Origin: Macrostomum lignano
Taxonomy: Eukaryota
NCBI GenBank assembly: GCA_002269645.1
Contig: NIVC01000535.1
Span: 1-64,000 of the forward strand
Length of the DNA stretch: 64,000 nt
Direction: 5' to 3'
The position numbers were made by a program, and so were the translations under genes. This document shows, piece by piece, positions 11,210-36,125 of the stretch; the first letter of the stretch is position 1; each line of letters begins with the position of its first letter. Below the pieces are notes generated by a model. It was not told the DNA's origin and did no database searches. It saw nothing but the letters and a program-made list of their open reading frames with translations.

Positions 11210-14200
11210 TCACAGCGATGAAGACACTTGAAAAGTATTTGCCAGCCTGCTGTAGAACAGAATATAATTAGACACCGAACGAATCTCGCCGCTGCGCATC
11301 TCCGTAACCGTTTCGTCGTCGAATTTAAACCAGCGATTCAAATTCGAGTTGCGACAGAACGCAGTGTAGTGGCCGCACTCCATGCTGCCGAAGTGGTTGG
11401 ACACTCCGTACAGATTGTAAACCAGAGAGTGCTTTGGCCTGGCCTCGGAGCTGTGATAGGCTGACATGTCCAAGTTGCTGATGGGATAGTCAACCAAGGT
11501 GTTGAGCTTTCTGCCGCGACTGCTCAACCGATCGCAGCTGAACCGCTTGAAATGGATTAGCAGATAGGGCGGCAGGCGCCAGATGTCGATCTTCTTCACG
11601 GCGCTCTGATCGCGACGGCAGCGGGGGCAGAACCAGCGGCTGCTGCCTGACAGACGCTCCGGCTTTAGGAAGGCCTGGAGACAGTCCTGCGGATTTTGTG
11701 TATGAAGGGCGGGCATCTCTACTATAAGTAGAATAGGATTATTTAAATTGTTTAGTTAGCTGGCAGACGGGGGAGCAATAACTGAATGGTTGCGATTTTA
11801 ATGTAGCCGCGCTGGGAATCGAACCCGGGGCTACTGTGCCTTCCCCTACCCTTTAACTATTTGATTTGCAGGCTTGCAATTTACTTTTACTCAACATGAG
11901 CCCCTATCTTTTATAATTAGAGGCCTGAATCAACGCGGCCCAGCAGCAGGTCTTACGGATAGTCGGCAAGAAGTATCGCTGACCACAGGCAGGCTGAGGT
12001 ACATAAACGCGTCAAATGTGATTGACTTGTAATGGCACTGCTCGCATACCAGAGTTGACTTGAACTGGCCCTGTCAATGTTGAATAATGCTGAACATGTT
12101 AGTGAAGTGCACTGACCCAATTCTTAATACACTGTGCAATGCAATGACCCAATCTCCAAAACACTGACTCAATCCCAAATGCAATGACCCAATCCCCATG
12201 CAATGACTCAATCCTCAATACACTGATCCAATCTCCAATGCAATGACCCAATACCCAATACACTGACCCAATCCCCAATGCAATGACCCAATCCCCAATG
12301 CACACTGACCCAATCCCCAATGCACTGAACGAATCCCCAATGCACTGACCCAATTCCCAATGCACTGACCCAATCTCCAATGCACACTGACCCAATCCCC
12401 AATGCACTGAACGAATCCCCAATGCACTGACCCAATTCCCAATGCACTGACCCAATCCCCAATACACTGACCCAATCCTCAATGCACTGACCCAATCTCC
12501 AATACACTGACCCAATCCCCAATGCACTGACCCAATCTCAAATACACTGACCCAATCCCCAATGCACTGACCCAATATCAAATACACTGACCCAATCCCC
12601 AATGCACTGAACCAATCTCAAATACACTGACCCAATCCCCAATGCACTGAACCAATCCCCAATGCACTGACCCAATCCCCAATACACTGTCCCAATCCCC
12701 AATGCACTGACCCAATCCCCAATGCACTGACCCAATCCCCAATACACTGTCCCAATCCCCAATGCACTGACCCAAATCACTGATAAAAGCCTAACCCAAC
12801 CCTTGCCAAATTTACCCTCGCAGATGAGCATACTCCCGCACTAACCTGAAACAGCTCCACCATAATGCTCTCGTTGATAAGGCAGTGCCTGGCCCAGGCC
12901 CGCTTCGCTCGCTCAACATCTGGCAGGCTCTCCTTGTCTTCCAGCTCCGGCGGAGGCCGCCGCCTACGCGCCCGATTCAAATCCTCGTGCAGGCCGTCAA
13001 GGAGGAACAGTAGAAACTCCTGGGAGTCCTGCTGCTCGTTGCCGGCGAAGGCCTCGGCGTGCCGGCCGATGGTGTGCTTGAAGTCGTACGGGCTGACGCA
13101 GGCGTAGCGCCCGGCCCACAGAGCTTGGACCACAACAGAGAACTGTTCTGCCACGTCGCCTTGGTGACCCAGAGGATTGGATTTGTTCACGTGTTCGCGG
13201 AATGTTCTGCGGAAGGGAATTAGGCGAATGCATTGCTGGGATACTATTTAAATTTTGCTTACAATCTCCTGCTCATTCATCGATCGCTAAAAATTACTGC
13301 GTATACACATCCTGCTCATACGCCTATCGCTCATACACTCCTGCTCATACACCTATCGCTCATACATTCCTGCTCATACATCTATCGCTCATACACTACA
13401 GATCATACACTCCTGCTCATACACTATCGCTCATACACTACTACTCATACACTACTGCTCATACACTATCGCTCATACACTACTGCTCATACACTACTGC
13501 TCATACACTACTACTCATACACTACTGCTCATACACTATCGCTCATACACTACTGCTCATACACTATCGCTCATACACTACTACTCATACACTATCGCTC
13601 ATAAACTACTACTCATACACTACTGCTCATACACTACTGCTCATACACTATCGCTCATACACTACTACTCATACACTATCGCTCATACACTACTACTCAT
13701 ACACTATCGCTCATACACTACTACTCATACACTATCGCTCATACACTACTACTCATACACTACTGCTCATACACTACTGCTCATACGCTATCGCTCATGC
13801 ACTATCGCTCACACAAGTCTAGTTGGTCATAGACAATCGCAGCCCATATGGAGCGAAATAAACACGAAATGCAAAATAAATCGATCTCACCCTTGCAAGA
13901 AATAAGAAGCCAGCACAGGCGTATTGCTGAGACATTGCACAGTGCTATTCAAATAGCAGGTATTGCCAAGATTCCGCAGACCGGTAAGGCCGTGCGGCAC
14001 GCTGCCGTATTCCGGCGCCATTCGGTTGAGCGTGTGCGCGTCGAACGAGCTGAACGGGCGGACTACGGCGGCGACGGAGCTGCCGCCGCCATTGGCTACG
14101 CGAGGCGGAACCTGCGCCTGCGCCTGTTTAACAGAGGAGGATTCCGAAGAAACACCGGAACTGGGGCCCGGTGTTGGTGCCGGTGGTGCCGGGGTGGCGG

Positions 14201-14487
14201 AGGCGGCAGAGGCGGCAGAGGTGGCGGAGGCTTTATCGCTGTCCGGCTTGGAGCGCTGCTTGGCCAGGTTTGGCTGCGAGGCCACCCGCTTCAGGCCGCT
14301 GGTGGAGGCGGGGCTGGCAGACGAGGAGGGACCAGCAGCGAGGGCGGCGGCGGGGGCAACTTCGGAAGCCGCAGGAGCGGTGTTGGCTGGCGGTCCGGAT
14401 GGTGGAGCTATCGCTCTGAAGTCGGTGGACACAAACATTTGATGAAGATTAAGAAAGACAGACAGACACATAGACAAGCAGACAAGC

Positions 14488-14536
<49 letters not shown>

Positions 14537-14579
14537 CACAGACAGACAGACAGACAGACACATAGACAAGCAGACAAGC

Positions 14580-14663
<84 letters not shown>

Positions 14664-14713
14664 TGATAGACTGATAGACAGACAGACAGACAGACAGACA
14701 CAGAGACAGACAC

Positions 14714-14744
<31 letters not shown>

Positions 14745-14765
14745 CAGAGACAGACAGACAGACAC

Positions 14766-14808
<43 letters not shown>

Positions 14809-14809
14809 C

Positions 14810-14870
<61 letters not shown>

Positions 14871-14895
14871 GAGACAGAGAGACAGACAGAGAGAC

Positions 14896-14928
<33 letters not shown>

Positions 14929-14929
14929 C

Positions 14930-14992
<63 letters not shown>

Positions 14993-14993
14993 C

Positions 14994-15024
<31 letters not shown>

Positions 15025-15025
15025 C

Positions 15026-15098
<73 letters not shown>

Positions 15099-15103
15099 GA
15101 GAC

Positions 15104-15164
<61 letters not shown>

Positions 15165-15165
15165 C

Positions 15166-15196
<31 letters not shown>

Positions 15197-18100
15197 CTCA
15201 CGGTTTCTCCGGTCGCGGTGTCGGTGCCGGAGCTGCGGCAGGCGGGTCGGCAGGCGGCGCAGGAGTCGCAGGCTTGGGCGGCGGTCTCTCCAGCGAATCC
15301 AGCACATCGTCGGGCAGATCCCAGTACATCTTGCAGGTCTGCGTGTCAACATAGAAATAGCGGCCGTTCTCGTTGCCAACGTGCCAGCCGGGAGGCAGTC
15401 GCAGGCCGGGCTTCACCATCGCCTGCGATCCAGCAGCCGCGGCGCCGGCCATAGAGCTGCCCGCAGTCAACGAGGCCGGAGCCTCCGACGATTTCGGCGC
15501 CTTCGTCGGCTTGTTGCTCCGATCAACTCGAGGACGGCTGTCGCTGCCGACGCTTCCCCCGCTGGCGGCGCTGCCACCACTGCCGCCGCTGCCTCCGCTG
15601 GCGACTTCCCCGGAGGTGACCGCGGCAGTTGCCGATGCAGCAGCAGCAGCTGGAGCAGGCTGGGGCTTCAACGAACTGAAGTTTAGGAAGGGCTTCAGCT
15701 ATACACTGTGGTGTACATGCTTTCAGCTGGGTGGAGAGACTAAGAGACTAAGAGACTAAAAGAGACCCAATAAATGCATCTATTTAACTTATGTAGCTTC
15801 ATGGAGATGCAGGGAGGTGCAGGGAAAGATTTGCAGGAAGGGAAGATGCGGGGAGGAAGATGAAGTGAAGGAGGCAGGCAGATGCAGGGAGGAAAGATGC
15901 AGGTAGGCAATATGCAGGGAGGAAATATGTAGGTAGGGAAGATGCAGGGAGGAAAGATGCAGGGAGGAAATATGTAGGTAGGGAAGATGCAGGGAGGAAA
16001 GATGCAGGTAGGGAAGATGCAGGGAGGAAATATGTAGGTAGGGAAGATGCAGGGAGGAAAGATGCAGGTATGGAAAATGCAGGGAGGAAATATGTAGGTA
16101 GGGAAGATGCGGGGAGGGAGGAGCAAGGAAAGATTTGCAGGTAGGGAAGATGCAGGTAGGGAAGATGCAGGGAGGGAAGATGCAGGGAGGGAAGATGCAG
16201 GTAGGGAAGATGCAGGGAGGGAAGATGTAGGTAGGGAAGATGCGGGGAGGGAGGAGCAAGGAAAGATTTGCAGGTAGGGAAGATGCAGGTAGGGAAGATG
16301 CAGGGAGGGAAGATGCGGGGAGGGAGGAGCAAGGAAAGATTTGCAGGTAGGGAAGATGCAGGGAGGGAAGATGTAGGTAGGGAAGATGCAGGGAGGGAAG
16401 ATGTAGGTAGGGAAGATGCAGGGAGGGAAGATGTAGGTAGGGAAGATGCAGGGAGGAAAGATGCAGGTAGGGAAGATGCAGGGAGGAAATATGTAGGTAG
16501 GGAAGATGCAGGGAGGAAAGATGCAGGTAGGGAAGATGCAGGGAGGAAAGATGCAGGTAGGGAAGATGCAGGGAGGAAAGATGCAGGTATGGAAAATGCA
16601 GGGAGGAAATATGTAGGTAGGGAAGATGCGGGGAGGGAGGAGCAAGGAAAGATTTGCAGGGAAAGAAGATGCGGGGAGGAAGATGAAGTGAAGGAGGCAG
16701 GCAGATGCAGGGAGGAAAGATGCAGGTAGGGAAGATGCGGGGAGGGAGGAGCAAGGAAAGATTTGCAGGTAGGGAAGATGCAGGGAGGGAAGATGCAGGG
16801 AGGGAAGATGTAGGGAGGGAAGATGCAGGGAGGGAAGATGTAGGTAGGGAAGATGCAGGGAGGGAAGATGTAGGTAGGGAAGATGCAGGGAGGGAAGATG
16901 TAGGTAGGGAAGATGCAGGGAGGGAAGATGTAGGTAGGGAAGATGCAGGGAGGGAAGATGCAGGTAGGGAAGATGCAGGGAGGAAAGATGCAGGTAGGGA
17001 AGTTGCAGACAGGGAAAATGTGCCCCCATTAGAGTGAATCTCACTACAAGCCCAAACTAAAAACTCAATGAATTAAAAAGATGATCTCATACTCACCGAT
17101 TCACAGCCGGCACAGTAGAAGAACTCGGAGCCGGCGCTTTGTCGCGCTCCGCTCGTTCAGCCGCCTCTTTAGCCGCCGCCGCCGCCGCAGCCGCCGCTTT
17201 CTGCGCCCGCTGCTCTTCTTCAAGTTTCTTCTTCTGCTCGGCCGCCTTTGCCTCCGCCTCGGCAGCGGCGGCGGCAGCAATTCGAGCTTTCCGTTGCTCT
17301 TCGAGTTTACGACGAGACTCGTCTTCTAGGGAAGGATAGGCTACAATGCTTGCCAGGCCACCGCCGCTGCCGCCTCCCTTGCTGCTATCGGGACCTTGAT
17401 AAGCCGGGTCCGTTGTCAAGGTCGGGTAGGCCAGAAGGACGCCCTGATGGGTGTTTGATGTGTCATGCATATAAATATATACTGTAGATAGCAATGTTAA
17501 TGTAGATGCATTTAGCAGCTGGGATTGTAATTCCTGAATGAACAACATTCAAATCTAAATAAGGAAGGGATAAATATCCAATCCCAAATAAACAGGGATC
17601 AGGATCCCTGGATAAAAGATTCCCCAATCCCAAATAAGCAGGGATCAGGATCCCAAGGATAAAAGATTCCCCAATACCAAATAAGCAGGGATCAGGATCC
17701 CAGGATAAAAGATTCCCCAATCCCAAATAAACAGGGATCAGGATCCCAGGATAAAAGATTCCCCAATCCCAAATAAGCAGGAATCAGGATTCCAGAATAA
17801 AGGATTCCCCAATCCCAAATAAGCAGGGATCAGGATCCCAGGATAAAACATTCCCCAATCCCAAATAAGCAGGGATCAGGATCCCAGGATAAAACATTCC
17901 CCAATCCCAAATAAGCAGGGATCAGGATCCCAGGATAAAACATTCCCCAATCCCAAATAAGCAGGGATCAGGATCCCAGGATAAAACATTCCCCAATCCC
18001 AAATAAGCAGGGATCAGGATCCCGGGATAAAAGGTTCCCCAATCCCAAATAAGCAGGGATCAGGATCCCTGGATGAAACAGTCCCTAAATCCCAAATAAG

Positions 18101-19752
18101 CAGGGATCAGGATCCCTGGATGAAACAGTCCCTAAATCCCAAATAAGCAGGGATCAGGATCCCGGGATAAAACATTCCCCAATCCCAAATAAGTAGGGAT
18201 CAGGATCCCTGGATGAAAGGTTCCCCAATCCCAAATAAGTAGGGAGGGATCAGGATCCCGGGATAAAGCATTCCCCAATCCCAAATAAGCAGGGATCAGG
18301 ATCCCTGGATAAAAGGTTCCCCAATCCCAAATAAGTAGGGATCAGGATCCCTAGATGAAACAGTCCCTAAATCCCAAATAAGCAGGGATCAGGATCCCGG
18401 GATAAAAGGTTCCCCAATCCCAAATAAGCAGGGATCAGGATCCCGGGATAAAAGGTTCCCCAATCCCAAATAAGCAGGGATCAGGATCCCTGGATGAAAG
18501 GTTCCCCAATCCCAAATAAGTAGGGAGGGATCAGGATCCCGGGATAAAACATTCCCCAATCCCAAATAAGCAGGGATCAGGATCCCTGGATAAAAGATTC
18601 CCCAATCCCAAATAAGTAGGGATCAGGATCCCGGGATAAAAGATTCCCCAATCACAAATAAGCAGGGATCAGGATCCCAGGATAAAAGATTCCCCAATCA
18701 CAAATAAGCAGGGATCAGGATCCCAGGATAAAAGATTCCAATCCCAATTTGCCAACTTCGCACTGAAAAGAGTATAAGCACCCACTGCCCTCAGCACACC
18801 TGCAATCCTCGCTGCAGCAGTAGCGGCTCGCTCTTTAATGTTCCAGCCGAGTCCCACTTGAAGATGGCATCTTTGAACACCTGGACTGGGTGCTGCGGAT
18901 TCAACGATCTGTCATTGGAGCGCCAGTCCATGATGATCACGTGGGTCATTGCTCGACGCGCTTTCCACAGTGTCTGGCCTTCGGGCGGTACGAGAGCTTC
19001 AACTCCGCTGACACTGCAGCTGGAAGGATATTGGCGCAGAGTGGAGCGGCTGGATCAAAGAATATGGGGAATATAGGGAAGCTGGGAGTGAAAGGAGGAT
19101 GGGGAGGGTGGAAGCCGGGAGTGAAGGGAAGCTGGGGAGGGTGGGAGCGGAGAAATGAAGAGAGGATGGAGAGGGTGGAAGCGGGGAAATGAAGGGAGGA
19201 TGATGAGGGTGGAAGCGGGGAATAAAGGGAGGATGGGGAGGTGGAAGTGGGGAATAAAGGGAGGATCAAAAAATCAACTTTAATCGTCAATAGGGAATAG
19301 TAAGAAGCCCGCTCTAACCCCGGCTTGATCAGTGAGCCGTCAATATTAATCAGACAGTCGTGGCGTAGACGGCAGGCGCTGAACTCGCCGGGAGGACGAA
19401 GGTCGAACACCAGCACGTTCGGCGACGCGTCAGGCGATTTCAACAATTTGTAGAGCGCGGCCGAGTCCAGCTCTCCTGCGGCCGAGGTAGCCGTGGCCAA
19501 CTTCTTGTCGGCGGCTGAACTGGTTGACTGCTTGCCACCGTCGCTGCTGCCGCTAGACTTCGACGTTGTGTCGACTGCTGCAGCGTCCAACTGCTTGGCC
19601 AGCTGCTCGGCTTCGATGCGCTGGTAGCTGCAGGATGGGGGAGGGCGGAGAGTATCAGTGACAGACAGACAGACAGACACACTAAGACAGACAGACAGAC
19701 AGACAGACAGAGACAGACAGACAGAAATATAGATAAAGACAGACAGACAGAC

Positions 19753-19809
<57 letters not shown>

Positions 19810-20393
19810 GACAGACAAACAGACAGACACACAGACAGAGACAGACAGACAGACAGACAGAGACAGACAAACAGACAGACAGAGACAGACAGACAGACAG
19901 AGACAGACGAACAGACAGACAGACAGACAGACAGACAGAAAGTCAGAAGCGAGAGTAATGAGTTGAGACACACCGAGGAGCAAACGCAGAACTGGGAAAG
20001 AACCCCAAGCAGCTGCAGCGGCGGCAGCAGCAGACAGACATAAACCTGTATGCAACACGGAAAATAAAAGCTAAAAACTCACCGCTCTTTAAGAGAACTC
20101 GACAGCCTCTCCGCCTGATCAGTGGCCTTCTGCATCTCTTTAATCATGCGAAAGTCGCTCTTTTTAAAATCGGGCATCTTTCTAACCCGATCGTACACAA
20201 ACAGGGTGCGCATGAACAGCACGTAGGCGCGCTCCTCGTCTCGATCGATGGCAGCCTTCTCCGCCGCCTGATAGGTTTTGCTCATAGAATTGAGGCCAGC
20301 CCGGGCGCTGTTGATATTCTTGACATTCTCTTCAGCGCGGGCGTTAAGCTCTTGCATGGACTTGCTCATGTACAGTTCAACTGGGTCTCCCAT
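11210..20393 (-). CDS. USP8: Ubiquitin carboxyl-terminal hydrolase 8 (UBPY); exons 20393-20083, 19627-19319, 19019-18800, 17443-17097, 15675-15202, 14415-13891, 13206-12846, 12070-11957, 11686-11210 (3138 nt, ~1045 aa)
   Basis: MIT/dimerisation [19 protein letters not shown]; rhodanese-like [24 protein letters not shown]; WW LPPGW..YFYVD..YWDLP; Cys box [10 protein letters not shown]; QQDSQEFL; CEQC/CPRC zinc ribbon; His box [17 protein letters not shown]. All 8 introns GT-AG with consistent phases. Confidence 0.97.
12105..12780. repeat. ~20-bp minisatellite in USP8 intron 7
   Basis: Unit CCAATCCCCAATGCACTGAC. Confidence 0.93.
13310..13815. repeat. 14-bp minisatellite in USP8 intron 6
   Basis: Units CTCATACACTATCG / CTCATACACTACT(G/A). 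Confidence 0.93.
14455..15197. repeat. (GACA)n microsatellite filling USP8 intron 5
   Basis: Starts directly after the donor GTGAGT on the minus strand. Confidence 0.97.
15800..17010. repeat. 15-bp purine-rich minisatellite in USP8 intron 4
   Basis: Units GCAGGTAGGGAAGAT / GCAGGGAGGGAAGAT. Confidence 0.95.
17575..18745. repeat. 46-bp minisatellite in USP8 intron 3
   Basis: Unit CCAAATAAGCAGGGATCAGGATCCCAGGATAAAAGATTCCCCAATC. Confidence 0.96.
19655..19940. repeat. (GACA)n microsatellite in USP8 intron 1
   Basis: Direct inspection. Confidence 0.95.
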
Positions 20394-23348
20394 GCTGACT
20401 TTACTGCAATTCATAGAATTCAGATCTGTTTTGTGAATGGCTGGTTAAATAGCTTAGACTGTAAGCAAGGGGCTGTGTGCACTCCAGCAAACTTTAAGCG
20501 GCATTGTTAGTTGTTACACAACCAGTGAGAGGCATTACTGCCCATTCCTCCAATTCTCATGAGCAGGCAAAATAGTACATTGATATACATGCAGTCATAT
20601 ACACATCTATTGCATTTTGCCTAGTACATAAGCAATAAAGATGCTAAGCAATTTGGCAATAAAAATTCAATGAAAAAGATTCACCATACACAAATTTGGC
20701 AAAAGCAAAGTTGGCAACAATCTAATCAAAATAGGTAACAATGAAGAAGAACAAATATATATAATCTTATCAATTCTTTTAGTAAAATTATACTAATCAA
20801 TACATATTAGCATTACATTTTAACTATGTTTGTTTTAGCCATTATCCTGTGTTTTTCGAATGTGCTTTCCAAGAAATGTTTATTCATTCTTGAAGATGCA
20901 AGATATGTAGCTCATAATTTACTTCAATTGAATATATTTTTTATATCTACTTGGTCATATATGGGCTTTAGACCTTAGTATGTATTACATGTGGCAAGTA
21001 GAGCCCAACTGAGATCCCAATCCTGATCCCAACTTGGTTGGGACTTGGGTGTTTTTTATGATTCCCAGCCATGTCGGGAGTAAGTATTATGAGTTGGGAA
21101 AAGTTGGGTGGGTGGGACTAATAAAAAGTTTCCTTGTGGCTTGCACATCTTGCATTACAACAATCCAATTAACAAGGAATTCGGTAAGAAGAAGGAAATA
21201 AAAGGAAATTATAAATTAGGATTGCACAAGAGGAGTCTCGCCTCTAACCTAATTAATGGGAGTCTTGCCCAAGCACAATTAAGGGAAATAGGAATTAAGG
21301 GGAATTACTATAAATCAACCTTTTGCACAATTGAGCATTTCTTTTAATATCAAATTCATCAACCTTTAAGTATAATTTACTTGGTATCCTGACTCAATTC
21401 TTTAAATCTAAATAACAGAATTAGGGTAAGCAGGAACCTGGTGGCATTGAACTAGGCCTACCAAAATCTAAAACTAGTAAAATCCACTAGTAAAAATCCT
21501 TAGCAATAGAGAACCAGTAGCCTAAACTGCGAGGAATGCCTATTCCATTAAAATATGTTCACTTAAATGAATAAATTAATTTAATCAAACAAAAAGTAGG
21601 CCCTAATTGAAAAGCAAGATTTTGTGCTAAAACTAAAAGTGTCTGTTGAGAATCTATTATTATTGGAAATACTAATGAAATGAAAAATATTAGGCCTAAA
21701 GTTTAGTGCAAAAATATGACAAGAGTCAAATAGAGCAAGGTTGAGGTTTGAAATTCATTAACTACTAAATTTTCATTCTATTTGACTACTCAAAAAAACT
21801 CAACTTGAATACTTAGCTCAAACCTTAAAGCTTGGTCAAGTAGGGGCCTACTTGACTTGACCAAAACCTGAGTTTGTCTGGGCTTTACACTCTAATAGTA
21901 CTTATACTAAACTACAAGTTAGGCAAATATTGTAGTAATAATATTACTGGACTATTAATATTAATTAAAACACATGCCTATATATTATAATAAATGCATC
22001 TGTGCAGGGCCCCTCCCAATTCTAATGTAAAATTAATAACCATATAACTCATTTTGAATGCATGCCAAATCTAGGAAAACACATTTGTTATAGCGAAATT
22101 ATATATTCAATAGAAAGTGGGATGTCTTTGATATGCAACTTTTTCGATTGTAGGAATATCCTTGATACATATCCAATTTTTATGATCTTCTAAAGAAGCT
22201 TGTTTGTACAAAAATGATGGAAAAAACCCCAATAAAATTACAAGCATTATCTGTTTACCTTTTTTAGAAATATCAGAGGACATTCCTGCAACCAAGAAAG
22301 TTACATATTGGAGACTTCCCACTTTCTATTAGATATGTAATTTGTTAAGTGGGATAGAATATTTGACTTAGCATAGCAATAATGAAGCAATAAACAATAC
22401 AAGTTAAAAACATTTTTTCCAAATTATTCATGATATCTTCCTATTTTTTCGTTACATAAGATTTTCACAAAGAATCCATGCAACTGAGCAAATTTGTCAA
22501 CAATATGCGCGCAAGTGCACAAGTTTTTTTAGTGTGCATAGAATGAATTGCACTGCACTGCACAACGTCCCTAATTCGGTTTGTAATTTTTGTAGCCTGA
22601 TTAGGTTTTGATTTTGTTTCTACGAGTATAAGTGATATTACAAATAAGCTTATGGCATTAGTAAACAGAATGTTAATGTGAAACAAAAGATCGAAAAAAA
22701 TAATGACTCATTTGTGAGTAATTTTAATACGGTTAAATTCTATTTTGTCAAGGCCGATTTCGTTGAAACCAAGTTTAAAATTTTTGTTTATGACAAAATG
22801 TATATAACAAATTGAGTTAACATTGTACAACTTTAAACGAAAAAAATATTGATCAAAAAACAACTTTAGCGCTAAATAAAACTATAGAAATAACAATAGA
22901 TAACTTAGCCTATAGTATAGCTTATTATTATTTTATGTGTTTCACTGGTTCAGATCGGTTTCAATAGGATGTTCCTGCATTATTACGATCGAATTAAGTG
23001 CAATGCAAGGTTCATACTACTCATTGACTTGGCACTCGAACTTTTTAACTGTTGAGTTTGATGCAAGGGACTTCTTAAACCACCGACTGTTATCATTTTA
23101 TATGCTCAGATTGTCGAAAGATTCATGTCTCTAAATCAAAGTTTTGACCATTAACTACGAATTTTTTACTTTTGTGATGGGCACCTCTTATTTGTAAAGA
23201 TTGAAGGGATTACACATCCGTGTTGCGAGTATACGCTCGTACATAGTGCAAGTGCAAACTGATTAAAAAACTGACAACTGAAAATATATACCCGTTTTTA
23301 TCCCCCGTGTATATAAATATTTTTGCATCTTTGTACATGTACGTACAT

Positions 23349-26603
<3,255 letters not shown>

Positions 26604-26769
26604 GTAAGGGTTTCTGATTGCATACACAACTAGCTACGTGTTTGTCTCAGGTAAGGCACCCAGTAAATTTCCGTTTGGCTCTCTGCGTTTGAACTGTTTT
26701 CAGAAGTCAGAATTTAGAAGTTCAGAAGCTTTTCTGCGGTAAATGCTTATTTTTTTGGCAATAATTTTA
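26604..26769 (+). repeat. right copy of ~170-bp direct repeat flanking the LINE
   Basis: Identical to 23349-23518 except T-run lengths. Confidence 0.95.
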
Positions 26770-27324
26770 TTGTGCCTTGTAGTGCGACGATATTTTTCGA
26801 TATTTACGATAGTTTTTTTCGAGGCAAATGTAAAATGTCAGCTGCCGCAAATTGCTCTCTAGCGAAAAAGCATCAATGAAATAGCAGCCATGCACCATGC
26901 AAAGAGTTTATGGGAACTTTATATAGCTTTTTCCATGGTGTGTAGCCATTGGTAAAAAATAAAGGAAAATATTCACGCATGCACACGCTGCTTCAGCAAG
27001 GGGAGAAATCTGATTCAAACAAAACAGCCTTCGGCACGCATAGAAACTTTTGTGGACCTTTGATAATGGTCTTAAAAGTTTGACATGAAAATATCATCGA
27101 GGGCAATATTGCTGCAGCTGCGGACTGCTGCATGGCAATGCGTCACTGATCACGGTTGGTTTCTCGACATTTTCAGAGAGTAATTTTAACATTTAGTTTT
27201 GCGATTGATTTTCAGCGCACAAATTAGATCCTTACCAACAGTAATCAAAAGGCTGTAAGGGGCGTAGGCAAAGAGGGGTTCAAGAGGGTTGTGCCATGGC
27301 CCCCTTTATCATTGCCGCTGGTTG

Positions 27325-28290
27325 TTGGTTGCACTGGTTGGTTTCACTCTATTAGGTTGGTTGGTTTCACTCTAATTGATTGGTTGGTTTTTACTCTAGG
27401 TTGGTTGGCTTCACTCTAATAGATTGGTTGGTTTCACTCTAGGTTGGTTGGTTTCACTCTAATAGATTGGTTGGTTTCACTCTAGGTTGGTTGGTTTCAC
27501 TCTAATAGATTGGTTGGTTTCACTCTAATAGATTGGTTGGTTTCACTCTAGGTTGGTTGGTTTCACTCTAATAGATTGGTTGGTTTCACTCTAGGTTGGT
27601 TGGTTTCACTCTAATAGATTGGTTGGTTTCACTCTAGGTTGGTTGGTTTCACTCTAATAGATTGGTTGGTTTCACTCTAATAGATTGGTTGGTTTCACTC
27701 TAGGTTGGTTGGTTTCACTCTAATAGATTGGTTGGTTTCACTCTAGGTTGGTTGGCTTCACTCTAATAGATTGGTTGGTTTCACTCTAGGTTGGTTGGCT
27801 TCACTCTAATAGATTGGTTGGTTTCACTCTAGGTTGGTTGGTTTCACTCTAATAGATTGGTTGGTTTCACTCTAGGTTGGTTGGTTTCACTCTAATTGAT
27901 TAGTTGGTTTCACTCTAATTGATTGGTTGGTTTCACTCTAATAGATTGGTTGGTTTCACTCTAGGTTGGTTGGTTTCACTCTAATTGATTAGTTGGTTTC
28001 ACTCTAATAGATTGGTTGGTTTCACTCTAGGTTGGTTGGTTTCACTCTAATTGATTAGTTGGTTTCACTCTAATAGATTGGTTGGTTTCACTCTAGGTTG
28101 GTTGGTTTCACTCTAATTGATTAGTTGGTTTCACTCTAATTGATTGGTTGGTTTCACTCTAATAGATTGGTTGGTTTCACTCTAGGTTGGTTGGTTTCAC
28201 TCTAATTGATTAGTTGGTTTCACTCTAATTGATTAGTTGGTTTCACTCTAATTGATTGGTTGGTTTCACTCTAGGTTGGTTGGCTTCACT
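27325..28290. repeat. alternating 20/23-bp minisatellite
   Basis: GGTTGGTTGGTTTCACTCTA and ATAGATTGGTTGGTTTCACTCTA. Confidence 0.95.
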
Positions 28291-28567
28291 CAATAGGTTA
28301 GTTGTCTCAGACTTCGACAAGTTCCTCCCTTATAAAATTAAAGCATGGGTATCATTGCACTTGTGCACAGCTAGCTTAAGAGAAAAAAATAGACAAATCA
28401 GAAACTTCTTTCTTGCTCGTGTTCAGACGGGAACGGACGGTGGGGTTGGAAATTCATTCGCCTATCGCTTAACAGAAACAGTGTATAAATAGAAAACTGG
28501 CTTGCATAGCAGCTACAGAAGGAATATCTAGTTATAGTTAACACTAACCGTGTCAATCAATAACAGA

Positions 28568-36125
<7,558 letters not shown>

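Noticed and set aside
11795-11840. tRNA gene on minus strand (GGTTCGATTCC)
   Set aside because: Only a T-arm/B-box fragment; no A box, anticodon arm or acceptor stem; likely SINE debris.
18946-20058. 370-aa ORF as one protein
   Set aside because: Read-through of USP8 exon 2 with flanking intronic repeats.
21004-21108. Possible MITE with CCCAACT/AGTTGGG ends
   Set aside because: Only a 7-bp inverted match, no TSD or second copy in the window.
22107-22322. 71-aa minus-strand ORF
   Set aside because: AT-rich, no recognisable motif or splice context; cannot support as coding.
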